A stretch of DNA of 20,000 nucleotides from Savitreella phatthalungensis (taxonomy: Eukaryota): positions 615,394-635,393 of the forward strand of contig AP039695.1 in the NCBI GenBank assembly GCA_051599415.1. The letters are read 5' to 3'. Made by a program: the position numbers and the translations under genes. Position 1 is the stretch's first letter. Each line of letters starts with the position of its first letter. Positions 8,858-17,889 of this stretch are shown one piece after another. The notes beneath the pieces were generated by a model. The model had not been told where the DNA came from and did no database searches. It worked only from the letters and a program-made list of their open reading frames with translations.

Positions 8858-10447
8858 ATGGTGGAGTATAAACAAAAAGACGTCCGCATACAGGTAGTCA
8901 AGCCATCTCGACGGGCAGCATCCCAACTTTGCCTGAGAAATGTCGCAGTGAGCATGGGAAAACAGGAACGGGCCGTCAGCGGCGCTTCAAGCACTCAAAG
9001 CGTACGGCGCAGCGTAGCGGCTGCCTCTGCCAGCTCGTCCGATGAACTCCCGCGGGACGAAGCCGACCATGAACAACCAGGTATCAGCCTTCTGCGTACC
9101 ATGCTCACGAGCCCCGATGAAATGTACATCGAGCTCGCCGAGCCGCATCGAACATATTTTCCCGGCGACGCAGTTCGCGGCAAAGTATGGCTGATACTGG
9201 AAAAGCCTACGCGGACACAATACGTCAGCATCAAGCTGTCCGGACAGGTCGTTGTTAGCCTCAACAAGCAGCGGAATACAAAACACCTCTTCCAAGACTA
9301 TTTCATTCTTCGAGGGCGCACGAAGGACGGCACCGTGACGCCTGGCGCGCTACTTACCAGTCAAACATCACCCTCCAAGCCGAGCCTCATTGCGCGCAAG
9401 GACTGGTCGGGCGAAATTTTGCCAGCAGGTCGGCATGTTTTTGATTTCGAATTCCCTCTACCTACAGAGTCACTGCCGTCGACCGTTGACTTCGGTCGCG
9501 GGCGCATTGTGTACTCCCTAAGATGTGATCACCAGAAGCCAAAGGTGCTCTTGCGCCGTGGGCGGAACTCGGCGCGCAAGGACATTGTCGTGCTGGACGC
9601 CATCGACGTGGCCAGATATGGAGAGCGCAAGCAGCGTGTTGTCGATTTTGACCCGAAAAACAAACGTCGGGAGGGCACAGGAAAGGCCGAAGCATTGGTA
9701 GAAGTACCTCGCTGGGGCTTCCTGAAAGGCGATACCATCGTGCCGTCGATTCAGCTTCGGCACTACAGGCCTGTGAAGAATCTGCGCGGGGCCATCGTGA
9801 CGCTCTGTAGACTGGGGCGCTTCGACAGTCCAGAGCTTGCGCCGCAGACATTCCGTAAAGACCTTGTCCAGAGTGTTACAGCTCTGATAGTCGACCCGCA
9901 AACATTGGAGTACAAGGTGTCACCGAAGATCAAAATACCTGCAGATGCTTTCCCTACGATACGGCAAGCTGGGCCCGTTTCTTTCCGCTACTACATCGAA
10001 GTCGTGCTCGACCTGAATAGCAAGACTGCCGTATTTCAGACCGTGCCAACGGATACAGCCACTTTGTACGTTGGTGACGACGGGACGCAGATGATCGAGA
10101 CAGAGGCACTGAAGCGCGAGCGCGGCGTCTACTCGGTACAGTTCGAGGTCATCGTCGGCACAAGGTCTGGCGCTGCAAAGACTCGAAACGTTTCCGATGC
10201 GGCCTCCTCCGCCCAAAGCCTCTCGAGAAGTCTGTCAGTGGCTGATCACGGCGGAAGCGGCTACTCTACTAGTACACAATACCCACTCAGCAAAGGTGAA
10301 TTGCTCATGCGAGAGCAAGCATTGATGCCGAGCGCTCCCCCGGAAGCAGACATCGAGGAGGAGACGACTAACGAAAAGCAATGCTCTGAAATACATCTGC
10401 TACCCAGTGAGCCGCCAGACGACTTGCCAGAATACGTCCGCAGATAG
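8858..10447 (+). CDS. RIM8: pH-response alpha-arrestin PalF/Rim8 (start may be the ATG at 8954)
   Basis: Arrestin_N (YIELAEPHRTYFPGDAVRG, LPSTVDFGRGRIVY) and Arrestin_C with Rim8-type FRKDLVQS, IPADAFPTI, VSFRYYIEV and FEVIVGT; C-terminal PSAPP and LPEY motifs. Confidence 0.85.
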   Translation: MVEYKQKDVRIQVVKPSRRAASQLCLRNVAVSMGKQERAVSGASSTQSVRRSVAAASASSSDELPRDEADHEQPGISLLRTMLTSPDEMYIELAEPHRTYFPGDAVRGKVWLILEKPTRTQYVSIKLSGQVVVSLNKQRNTKHLFQDYFILRGRTKDGTVTPGALLTSQTSPSKPSLIARKDWSGEILPAGRHVFDFEFPLPTESLPSTVDFGRGRIVYSLRCDHQKPKVLLRRGRNSARKDIVVLDAIDVARYGERKQRVVDFDPKNKRREGTGKAEALVEVPRWGFLKGDTIVPSIQLRHYRPVKNLRGAIVTLCRLGRFDSPELAPQTFRKDLVQSVTALIVDPQTLEYKVSPKIKIPADAFPTIRQAGPVSFRYYIEVVLDLNSKTAVFQTVPTDTATLYVGDDGTQMIETEALKRERGVYSVQFEVIVGTRSGAAKTRNVSDAASSAQSLSRSLSVADHGGSGYSTSTQYPLSKGELLMREQALMPSAPPEADIEEETTNEKQCSEIHLLPSEPPDDLPEYVRR

Positions 10448-10537
10448 AGCATACCTCGTATAGATTGACGTCATAAGCAATGTAAAGTACAAGAACCCTT
10501 TGCTCCCGCTTCAACTTTTCATTTCAGTGCGAGAGCG

Positions 10538-11467
10538 ATGACTTCGCGCGACGCAAACATCATTGATGGCAAGTTCTCAAGCGAACGAATAGGTCAACAG
10601 ACGCAAGTTGAAGCGAAGCATGGTGCCCAGACGGGGATGGAGGGCCCGATGAATCCGACATCTGAGTCCTCGAGGCTGGAATCTGCTGCTGGTGTTCAGG
10701 AGTACATCGGCGTCGGTAAGCTGCGTGGTAAGACGGCACTAATCACTGGAGGTGATTCAGGGATTGGGCGAGCAGTCGCAGTGCTCTTCGCCCGCGAAGG
10801 CTGCGATTCGAGCATAGTCTACTTGCCAGCAGAGCAAGAAGATGCACAGGAAACCCGCAGGCTAGTCGAGCTAGAGGGCCGCGAATGCTTGCTCCTGCCC
10901 TACGATCTGCGACAGTATCGTGGAGTCAAGTATCTAGTAGACAAGCACCTTGAGCATTTCGGAAAGCTTTCGATACTTGTCAACAACGCCTCAAACCAGG
11001 AGTCGTGTTCGAATATCGCTGACATCGATTTGGACCAGGTGGTCTCTACATTCGAGTCGAATATCATTCAGATGATCGCATTGACGAAGTACGCAGTGCC
11101 ATACCTCAAGGAAGGTGACTGCATCATCAACTCTACCTCTGTCACAGCATTCCGAGGCAGTCCGTCCATGGTTGATTATTCGTCCACAAAGGGTGCAATC
11201 CTGTCATTCACCAAAGCTCTTTCGACTCAGCTGGCCAAACAGAAGATCAGAGTCAATGCGGTGGCGCCAGGGCCGATCCACACACCCTTGCAGCCATCAT
11301 CTCGTGATCCTGAGGGTATGTCGAAATTCGGTGAAAGCACTCCATTGGGTCGACCAGGCCAGCCGTCCGAAGTTGCACCGTCGTACGTCTTCCTCGCGAG
11401 TGCCGAAGCCGCGCTTATGTCTGGCATCACGCTCCATCCGAATTGCTGGGAGGTTTTGCCCGTTTGA
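10538..11467 (+). CDS. Short-chain dehydrogenase/reductase (YghA/YdaD-like classical SDR)
   Basis: TGGDSGIG Rossmann motif, VNNA, catalytic S..YSSTK, IRVNAVAPGPIHT and PLGRPGQPSEVAPSYVFLAS. Confidence 0.93.
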   Translation: MTSRDANIIDGKFSSERIGQQTQVEAKHGAQTGMEGPMNPTSESSRLESAAGVQEYIGVGKLRGKTALITGGDSGIGRAVAVLFAREGCDSSIVYLPAEQEDAQETRRLVELEGRECLLLPYDLRQYRGVKYLVDKHLEHFGKLSILVNNASNQESCSNIADIDLDQVVSTFESNIIQMIALTKYAVPYLKEGDCIINSTSVTAFRGSPSMVDYSSTKGAILSFTKALSTQLAKQKIRVNAVAPGPIHTPLQPSSRDPEGMSKFGESTPLGRPGQPSEVAPSYVFLASAEAALMSGITLHPNCWEVLPV

Positions 11468-11476
11468 GCAAGGGCA

Positions 11477-12064
11477 TCAAGGCCTTAGGTATTTCGACAT
11501 CTTTGTATCCGCACCAAATATCTCCGTGAATATCTCTTTTCCCATGAAGTCGTGATCGGCAAATTCAAAGCCAGGTGAAACCACTTCCGTGATGAAGAGT
11601 CCTGCTGCTTCTTCGTCCTCCAGGAACGAGCATTTATATTTGCCACCTTCAACAAGCCACTGGTAAACAGCAAATTCCTGACCAACCTTGAAATATTCGA
11701 GTTGCCAGCCTGACGCTAAGGTCTTTGCCTGGTAGTGCTCGGAATGCGCGACCCCTGCCACTTTTCCGGTTGAACCTGGCGGGCTTAGAACAAGGTAAGC
11801 TCCACGGCCGCGATGTAGTGAATGAACCGTCCTACTCACATTGCGGTGGAAGTATCCAATGTGACATCTGTCTGTTGCATTTGCACCAAGTGATGTGGCA
11901 TTTGCAAGCAGGTAGAAAATGCTGGTTGAGGACGCTCGAGACCCCTCATCCCAGGGTACCGTCACATCAAGAGTTGAGCGGTCCGTCTCTACAAAGAAGC
12001 CACCCTCGGGATGTGCCTGCATACCAAATATGCGCACAAGCTCAGATTGCCATGATGTTGCCAT
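11477..12064 (-). CDS. CFF1: DUF985/Cupin_5 protein, YML079W/Cff1-like
   Basis: HPEGGFFVETDRS, STSIFYLL, FHRN, HSLHRGRG, YQWLVEGGKYK and ITEVVSPGFEFADHDF. The first ATG is at 12064; the ORF-track start at 12073 is TTG. Confidence 0.85.
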   Translation of the reverse strand: MATSWQSELVRIFGMQAHPEGGFFVETDRSTLDVTVPWDEGSRASSTSIFYLLANATSLGANATDRCHIGYFHRNVSRTVHSLHRGRGAYLVLSPPGSTGKVAGVAHSEHYQAKTLASGWQLEYFKVGQEFAVYQWLVEGGKYKCSFLEDEEAAGLFITEVVSPGFEFADHDFMGKEIFTEIFGADTKMSKYLRP

Positions 12065-12375
12065 GCTAGCCAATCGCTGTGTCCACGAACACTGTAACCC
12101 CGCATGTGTTCGATCGCTTATAACTTTAAATGCAATTTGACGTAGTTTACTTGAGGCACATTCAGCCTGTCCGCTACGTGCTCGGTCTGGAGCGTTTCAA
12201 GCTGGAATCACTCACCGATCGTGCATCATGCATGCATTGATTGAATATGCAAGCGATTCTGGTCACATGTTCCAATATGTGTACCATTGGAATGCTTGTG
12301 AGGTATGATGTATGTATAGTGATGCTATCGACACAAACAAGAGAGAGAAAAATCTAGTGAACGGAACCGGGCGCG

Positions 12376-13758
12376 ATGAGCGCCATGGACGACAGCGCAT
12401 TGACGACGGGTACAGAGACGACGCCTCTGTTGCGTGCTCGTCCTCCGGTGGTAAATAAACGCAGAAAGACCTACGGAGGCCGCACGTCTTCAAACGATGA
12501 GGACATAGAAGAATCTGCAGCAGTGCTGCGCCTCGATCTTGTTCTTGGCAAGATTGAGCGGCGTCTCGAAAGCTACAACCGGGAGGATTTCGAGGGTAAG
12601 CTCCAGCAAGCGTATGACGCCTTGAAAGCTATTTTCAATGACTCCGCGTCGCGTGTCGGCGAGGAGGCTCGAGGCCGAGCATTGGTCGTCGTGCGGCTCC
12701 TTGAAGGCAAGGCTTCCGTTGTCCTTTCCGCCAAAGACAGTGTGCCCGAGCGCATCCATGGAGCGCGAAGATTCCTCGAAGATGCGCTTTACGACATTGA
12801 GAATTCATATCATCGGACTGTCGTCGAGAAGATATCGCATCTGCAGCAGGAACTCCGTAAGGGCACACTGGAGGCGGCACAGCGAGTCCGGGCAATCCGA
12901 CGGGCCGTCGCGATGGCATCAGATCGGTTACTGGAATACTCTGAACTGCCGTATGAGTGGCAAAACAATCCGTACATCGTCAAAGGCTATCGATTCTATG
13001 AATCACCTGTCAAATGTCTCGTGTCTGTGTGTCAGCTACACAACGAGACAGGCAATATATGGACGCATCTTGCAGGTTTCATGTTCCTCGGCGCACTCGC
13101 GCTGTGGGCCTATCCACAGACACCGGCTTTCTCTGAGATGACGTTCTCCGATCGAATGATCTTCTTTGTCTTTGTCACTGCAGCGCTCAAGTGCCTGGTA
13201 TGCTCCGCTTTGTGGCACACCTTCGCGCATATCGCCAATCTTGACGCCATGAAACGACTCGCATGCATGGACTATGTTGGCATTTCCGTCCTGATCGCGG
13301 CCTCAATTGTCACGATGGAATACCACGGATTCTACTGCTCGCCAGGATATCAGGCCGCGTATGTCGGCTTCACAGCTGCCCTCGGGTTGATGGGCATCGT
13401 TATCCCCTGGTTTGAGTGGTTTGACCGGGTGGAGAACCGCCACTACCGAATCATGTTCTTTCTCGGCATCGCAATTTCCGGCGCGCTGCCCGTAGCGCAC
13501 ATCATGGCGTCTCAATCGGTTCTGCGAACTCTGTCCTTCTTCGCGCCCGTAACGAAGTCCATAGCCTGTTACGTTGTCGGAGTTGCGATATACGCGTCGC
13601 ACTGGCCAGAACGTTTGTCGCCGGGAAAGTTCGACTCGTTGGGAAACTCGCATCAGCTCTGGCATCTCGCGATCCTCGGAGGCATTTACTATCATTTCCG
13701 AGCTGTCCAGCAGTTCCATGTCAGTTCAAGAGGTTTTGCATGCGGCTCGTGTGTGTAG
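12376..13758 (+). CDS. IZH3: PAQR/HlyIII (adiponectin receptor-like) membrane protein, Izh3 type
   Basis: NPYIVKGYRF, HNETGNIWTH, SALWHTF, DYVGIS, PERLSPGKFD and SHQLWH motifs; multiple hydrophobic segments; long soluble N-terminus typical of Izh3. Confidence 0.88.
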   Translation: MSAMDDSALTTGTETTPLLRARPPVVNKRRKTYGGRTSSNDEDIEESAAVLRLDLVLGKIERRLESYNREDFEGKLQQAYDALKAIFNDSASRVGEEARGRALVVVRLLEGKASVVLSAKDSVPERIHGARRFLEDALYDIENSYHRTVVEKISHLQQELRKGTLEAAQRVRAIRRAVAMASDRLLEYSELPYEWQNNPYIVKGYRFYESPVKCLVSVCQLHNETGNIWTHLAGFMFLGALALWAYPQTPAFSEMTFSDRMIFFVFVTAALKCLVCSALWHTFAHIANLDAMKRLACMDYVGISVLIAASIVTMEYHGFYCSPGYQAAYVGFTAALGLMGIVIPWFEWFDRVENRHYRIMFFLGIAISGALPVAHIMASQSVLRTLSFFAPVTKSIACYVVGVAIYASHWPERLSPGKFDSLGNSHQLWHLAILGGIYYHFRAVQQFHVSSRGFACGSCV

Positions 13759-13813
13759 GTAGGTTCTAGTGTATAGATCGAACGTAATGAATCATGCTGT
13801 CATCAGAAGTCCG

Positions 13814-15067
13814 CTACGAGGCGGACGTCATAGCAACTTTGCGGTCGCGGTGTCCATCCTCATCTGGCAGCGGCACATCACCTGCTTGCACAACATCGAT
13901 AGACCTTTTAAGGCTTGCATCGGCAGCGTGCTCTTCAGCAGCCTTGCTTGGCGGATCCCGCAGAGGCCGATAATACGGCTGCGCTCTGTACCAAGGAATC
14001 TGGCGATATCCCCGCGCGTCCCTCGGCCATGCCTGCTGAGCCGGTTCCGGATGCTTCTCGAGAAAGCTTGTGACTTCTCTCTCGACAGCTCGAAGGACCT
14101 CATCGAGTTTGGCTCTACCATCATCGTCGCGTGTCCCACATGCGCCCACAGTTGCCCGGTATTCAGGAAAGCGATCGAGGAACGGCTTGATCAGTTTGAA
14201 GACGTGACCTCTGACAGACTTGGCCGAGATTGGGTCGTCCTCTTGATCAAGTATCTCGAGGTATTCAGCGAGGATCTGATCGAGGCGCGGGTAGGCGTCC
14301 TTAGTGAAGATGGCTGGATTGTGCAGATTTGTCTCTGCAACAAGCATCCCGTCAAATCCGGTCGTCTCCAGGCACCGATGAATGTCTTCATGGTAGAGCA
14401 CATTGCCATTCGCAAGCAGAACCACTTCGGGCGGGATGTTGTCGCGCAAATACCGGAGGACCGACCAGTCTCCTAGGCCGGAAAATTGACCTTTTTGCTC
14501 ACGAGTACGACAGTGAACTGCGAGCCAAGAGGCGCCTGAGGCGAGAACATGGCGAGCATATTCCAACGTGCGCTGAGGCGTTTCGAGTATTCGAATTTTC
14601 GCGGTCACAGGTATAGAAAGATTGTCGGCCAACGTTCGCACTAAGTTACCCACAGTGTCCCAATCCTCCTGTAGGAAAGCCCCGTATCTGCCTTTGCGAG
14701 CGACGCCCTGCGGACAGCCGAAGTTGATGTCAACAGCATCACAATAGGGCTCCACAACGCGGGCAGAACGGAGGAGTACTTGAGGGTCATTTGCACAGAA
14801 TTGGACAATGAGTCCGCGCTCTGGTCGATCGAGCATCGACGACCAGAATTTAGCGCGATTCTTCGGATGATCGGAGAACATCTTGGCGTGGAACATCGGG
14901 GTGTAGCAAAGGTCTGCACCGTGCCGGCGGGAGAGCTCCCGCCAGCAGAGTTCTGAGCCGTCGACCATGGGTGCCAAGATCAGCTTCGGACTCCCGAGGG
15001 ACTCGTAGAAGGCACGGCCACGCAAAGACGTGTCGCGGGTCGCGCGGATCGCCGCAGCGGCCGTCAT
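13814..15067 (-). CDS. DUS1: tRNA-dihydrouridine(16/17) synthase
   Basis: LRGRAFYESLGSPKLILAPMVD, YTPMFHA, VQFCANDP, DINFGCPQ..A.KGRYGAFL, PVTAKIR, LANGN and PWYRAQPYYRP. The ATG at 15067 is preferred over 15187. Confidence 0.93.
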   Translation of the reverse strand: MTAAAAIRATRDTSLRGRAFYESLGSPKLILAPMVDGSELCWRELSRRHGADLCYTPMFHAKMFSDHPKNRAKFWSSMLDRPERGLIVQFCANDPQVLLRSARVVEPYCDAVDINFGCPQGVARKGRYGAFLQEDWDTVGNLVRTLADNLSIPVTAKIRILETPQRTLEYARHVLASGASWLAVHCRTREQKGQFSGLGDWSVLRYLRDNIPPEVVLLANGNVLYHEDIHRCLETTGFDGMLVAETNLHNPAIFTKDAYPRLDQILAEYLEILDQEDDPISAKSVRGHVFKLIKPFLDRFPEYRATVGACGTRDDDGRAKLDEVLRAVEREVTSFLEKHPEPAQQAWPRDARGYRQIPWYRAQPYYRPLRDPPSKAAEEHAADASLKRSIDVVQAGDVPLPDEDGHRDRKVAMTSAS

Positions 15068-15212
15068 AGTCCAAAGACCAGCGCCGGTCGTGCTGATATC
15101 TTCTGTCACAGTCGATAGCCCTTTTTCATCAGGGCCGAAGGGATATTTCCCAGATGTAACGTTGAAATGTCTCGATTGGGAAGGCATGTGTAAATTTGTG
15201 GACGGAGCGTGG

Positions 15213-16784
15213 ATGAGGTGGCCGGTGGCATTGGCGCGGCGTCACTTCTCGTCGAAGCCATTCTACATCACTACGCCAATCTTCTACGTCAACGCGAAGC
15301 CTCATATTGGACATTTGTACAGCCTGGTGCTCACCGATGTCCTGCGGCGCTTCCAGGCCATCCAAGCCGAGGCAAGGCCTACCTTTATGCTGACAGGGGT
15401 AGATGAGCACGGCATGAAGATACAGCGCGCGGCAGAAGCTGCTGGCCGATCACCCTTGGAGTTTTGCGACGCCGCGGCGGATGTGTTTCAAGAGCTGCCC
15501 GGCTTGGCAGACGTTTCACCTAATATCTTCATGAGGACTACCTCGAACATGCACAAGCGTTCTGTATCGCACCTCTGGCGCATCCTGCATGAGAAAGGCA
15601 TGCTTTACACAGCAAAGCATCGGGGCTGGTACAGTGTGAGCGACGAGACGTTCTTCCCTGAAGCACAAATCTCGGACGGACATTCGATCGAGACTGGCAA
15701 CGCGGTCGAGTGGACGGAAGAGGAAAACTGGCACTTCCGACTCAGCGAGATGCGTGAGCCCTTGCTCAGGTTCTACCAGAGAAATCCCTCATTCATCATT
15801 CCAAATTCCAGGTTTCTAGAGGTGAGAGCAGCCGTGGAGGCCGGCCTGGAAGATTTGTCTGTAAGCAGGCCGTCAACGCGGCTGCCATGGGGCATACCCG
15901 TGCCAGGAGACCCTACGCAGACAATCTATGTTTGGCTCGACGCCCTGACGAATTATCTATCGGCTTGTGGTTACCCAGAGCTCAACTCTCACTGGCCAGC
16001 TGATGTCCATGTGATTGGCAAGGACATTCTTCGATTCCACTGTATCTACTGGCCGGCATTCCTGCTCGCAGCAGGCATTGAGCCGCCCAAAAAAGTCCTC
16101 AGTCATTCTCACTGGACGCTCGGTAACCTCAAAATGTCCAAGTCCAGGGGCAACGTCGTCGATCCATGGGTCGCGCTCGACATGTTCGGACGGGATTCTA
16201 TAAGGTATTACCTGATGCGCGAAGGACGCATTGAGGACGACGCAAATTACGATACAAGATCCGTGCTTGCTCGGCACAACAACGAATTGGTCGGTGGCGT
16301 GGGCAATCTGTTGGCTCGTCTGAGCGCGCCACGCCTGGATGTGGCAGGTGCCATACAAAGGCGACGACAGCAGGCAATCGGCGAGCCAGGCCCGCTCGCT
16401 GCGACCATGAATTCATGTGCGGAACAGTACACCAAGCACATGACGGAGATGCAGCCACACCGAGCGCTTGGAGTGATTGTATCTCTCATCAATGCTTGTC
16501 AGATTGCACTGCAACGTCACACGCCTTGGTCGATGCCGCCTTCCGACGACCGTGATGCGGTAATGGCGGCAGCAGCGGAAGGTGCTCGAATAGCCTTCAT
16601 CCTCCTGCAGCCCATCATTCCGACCAAGGCAGCAGAGCTGCTCGAGCGCTTCGGTGTAGAGGATCGGCGGAGAAGCTTGAATTATGCCAGATATGGCGCA
16701 GACGACAATTACAGGCCAATGATGCCCGCTAGAGGCGAGCTCGCTCATGTATTTACACGAATCGAAGACTCCGGTTCACGATGA
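15213..16784 (+). CDS. MSM1: Mitochondrial methionyl-tRNA synthetase
   Basis: YITTPIFYVNAKPHIGH (HIGH), TGVDEHG, YVWLDALTNY, IGKDILRFH and KMSKS. The ATG at 15213 gives a presequence-like MRWPVALARRHFSS; an alternative ATG lies at 15186. Confidence 0.94.
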   Translation: MRWPVALARRHFSSKPFYITTPIFYVNAKPHIGHLYSLVLTDVLRRFQAIQAEARPTFMLTGVDEHGMKIQRAAEAAGRSPLEFCDAAADVFQELPGLADVSPNIFMRTTSNMHKRSVSHLWRILHEKGMLYTAKHRGWYSVSDETFFPEAQISDGHSIETGNAVEWTEEENWHFRLSEMREPLLRFYQRNPSFIIPNSRFLEVRAAVEAGLEDLSVSRPSTRLPWGIPVPGDPTQTIYVWLDALTNYLSACGYPELNSHWPADVHVIGKDILRFHCIYWPAFLLAAGIEPPKKVLSHSHWTLGNLKMSKSRGNVVDPWVALDMFGRDSIRYYLMREGRIEDDANYDTRSVLARHNNELVGGVGNLLARLSAPRLDVAGAIQRRRQQAIGEPGPLAATMNSCAEQYTKHMTEMQPHRALGVIVSLINACQIALQRHTPWSMPPSDDRDAVMAAAAEGARIAFILLQPIIPTKAAELLERFGVEDRRRSLNYARYGADDNYRPMMPARGELAHVFTRIEDSGSR

Positions 16785-16832
16785 AAAATGACCAAAATTC
16801 GTCACGTTCTTCAAAACTATCCGTCATGGTAT

Positions 16833-17717
16833 CTATTGCTTGCCCAGGGCGACGCGCATGAAGGTCGGCAGAACAAAAGCAGCTTCGTGTACCTGCGCGT
16901 TGTAGTACTTGCACTTTTCGAGCTCCTCCTCGCGTGACCATTTGCGTAGAGGCTTTTCGGGTGTCGCTTTTGCATCCTTCGAACACACCATGAAGCCAAT
17001 CTGGCCTGAAGGATACGACGGAATGGTAGTGAAGGCGTATCGTACCGTTGGGAATATGCTGCCGCAGGTAGCGAAGAGGTCGGTAATGACTTTCTTGTGC
17101 AGCCATTGGCACTCGGCCTGCGTGGTGATGATGCCACCCTCGCGCAGCGCGTCATGCAGCAGCTGGAAGTACGGCTTCTGGAACAGCGATTCTGCGGGTC
17201 CCTCGGGGTCGCTTGAGTCGGTCACGATAACGTCGAATGTGTTCTTGTAGTCATCCAGGAACTTGAAGCCGTCGCCGATGTGAACCGTTGATTTAGGGTG
17301 GTCGAGACCGGAGGCCATATCCTTGAGGTACATACGAGACACTTTTGGCACATCAGCGTCAATGTCGCAAAGGATCGCAGACTCGACGCAGTCGTGCTTC
17401 ACGACCTCGCGCAGCACGCCACCGTCACCGCCGCCGATAACGAGCACCTTCCGCGGGTTTGGATGTGACATCATGGCCAGGTGTGTGATCATTTCCTGGT
17501 AACTGAATTCGTCCCGCTCAGTGACCTGAATCGCTCCGTCGAGGACAAGCACGTTGCCGTACGTAGCGCTCTTGAAAACTAGCACATCCTGGAACTGAGA
17601 CCGCTGAGCGTACAGCACTTCCTCGACTTTCAGCGAGAAGTGCTGGCCGGGCCACATCGTCTCCGACTTTTCGTGGAACCATCCATCGACAATGAGAGGG
17701 TGAGAAAGCGAGCTCAT
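16833..17717 (-). CDS. SPE3: Spermidine synthase
   Basis: [58 protein letters not shown] and [16 protein letters not shown] at 17717 (294 aa); the ORF-track start at 17828 is TTG. Confidence 0.97.
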   Translation of the reverse strand: MSSLSHPLIVDGWFHEKSETMWPGQHFSLKVEEVLYAQRSQFQDVLVFKSATYGNVLVLDGAIQVTERDEFSYQEMITHLAMMSHPNPRKVLVIGGGDGGVLREVVKHDCVESAILCDIDADVPKVSRMYLKDMASGLDHPKSTVHIGDGFKFLDDYKNTFDVIVTDSSDPEGPAESLFQKPYFQLLHDALREGGIITTQAECQWLHKKVITDLFATCGSIFPTVRYAFTTIPSYPSGQIGFMVCSKDAKATPEKPLRKWSREEELEKCKYYNAQVHEAAFVLPTFMRVALGKQ

Positions 17718-17867
17718 CGTCTTAGTCCGAGATAGCGAGCGGGTGAAGTGCGTTGATCTGCGGAGCGTTTTGACACAAGCCCTTCTACGATCCAGGGACA
17801 GCAATCGCCGTAAGAGCGTGGAAGCCAAATTAATGCACAGATTTCTTCCGAGCTGGGATACTATTCC

Positions 17868-17889
17868 CTCCGTTATAATTTATAAGGAG
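17868..17889. promoter_or_regulatory. Palindromic double TATA-like element upstream of SPE3
   Basis: CTCC-G-TTATAA-T-TTATAA-GGAG inverted repeat; reads TATAAA on the minus strand about 160 bp upstream of the SPE3 ATG. Confidence 0.4.

Noticed and set aside
10538..11467. Horizontal transfer of a bacterial-like SDR
   Set aside because: This SDR subfamily is widespread in fungi, composition matches the neighbours, and lack of introns is the norm here.
15030..15187. True coding overlap of DUS1 and MSM1 as drawn in the ORF track
   Set aside because: It depends on a GTG start. Conserved sequence and the mitochondrial presequence begin at downstream ATGs.
17864..17887. Stowaway/Tc1-mariner-like terminus (TTCCCTCCGTT...TATAAG)
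   Set aside because: No convincing partner inverted repeat or TA target duplication; better explained as a TATA palindrome.
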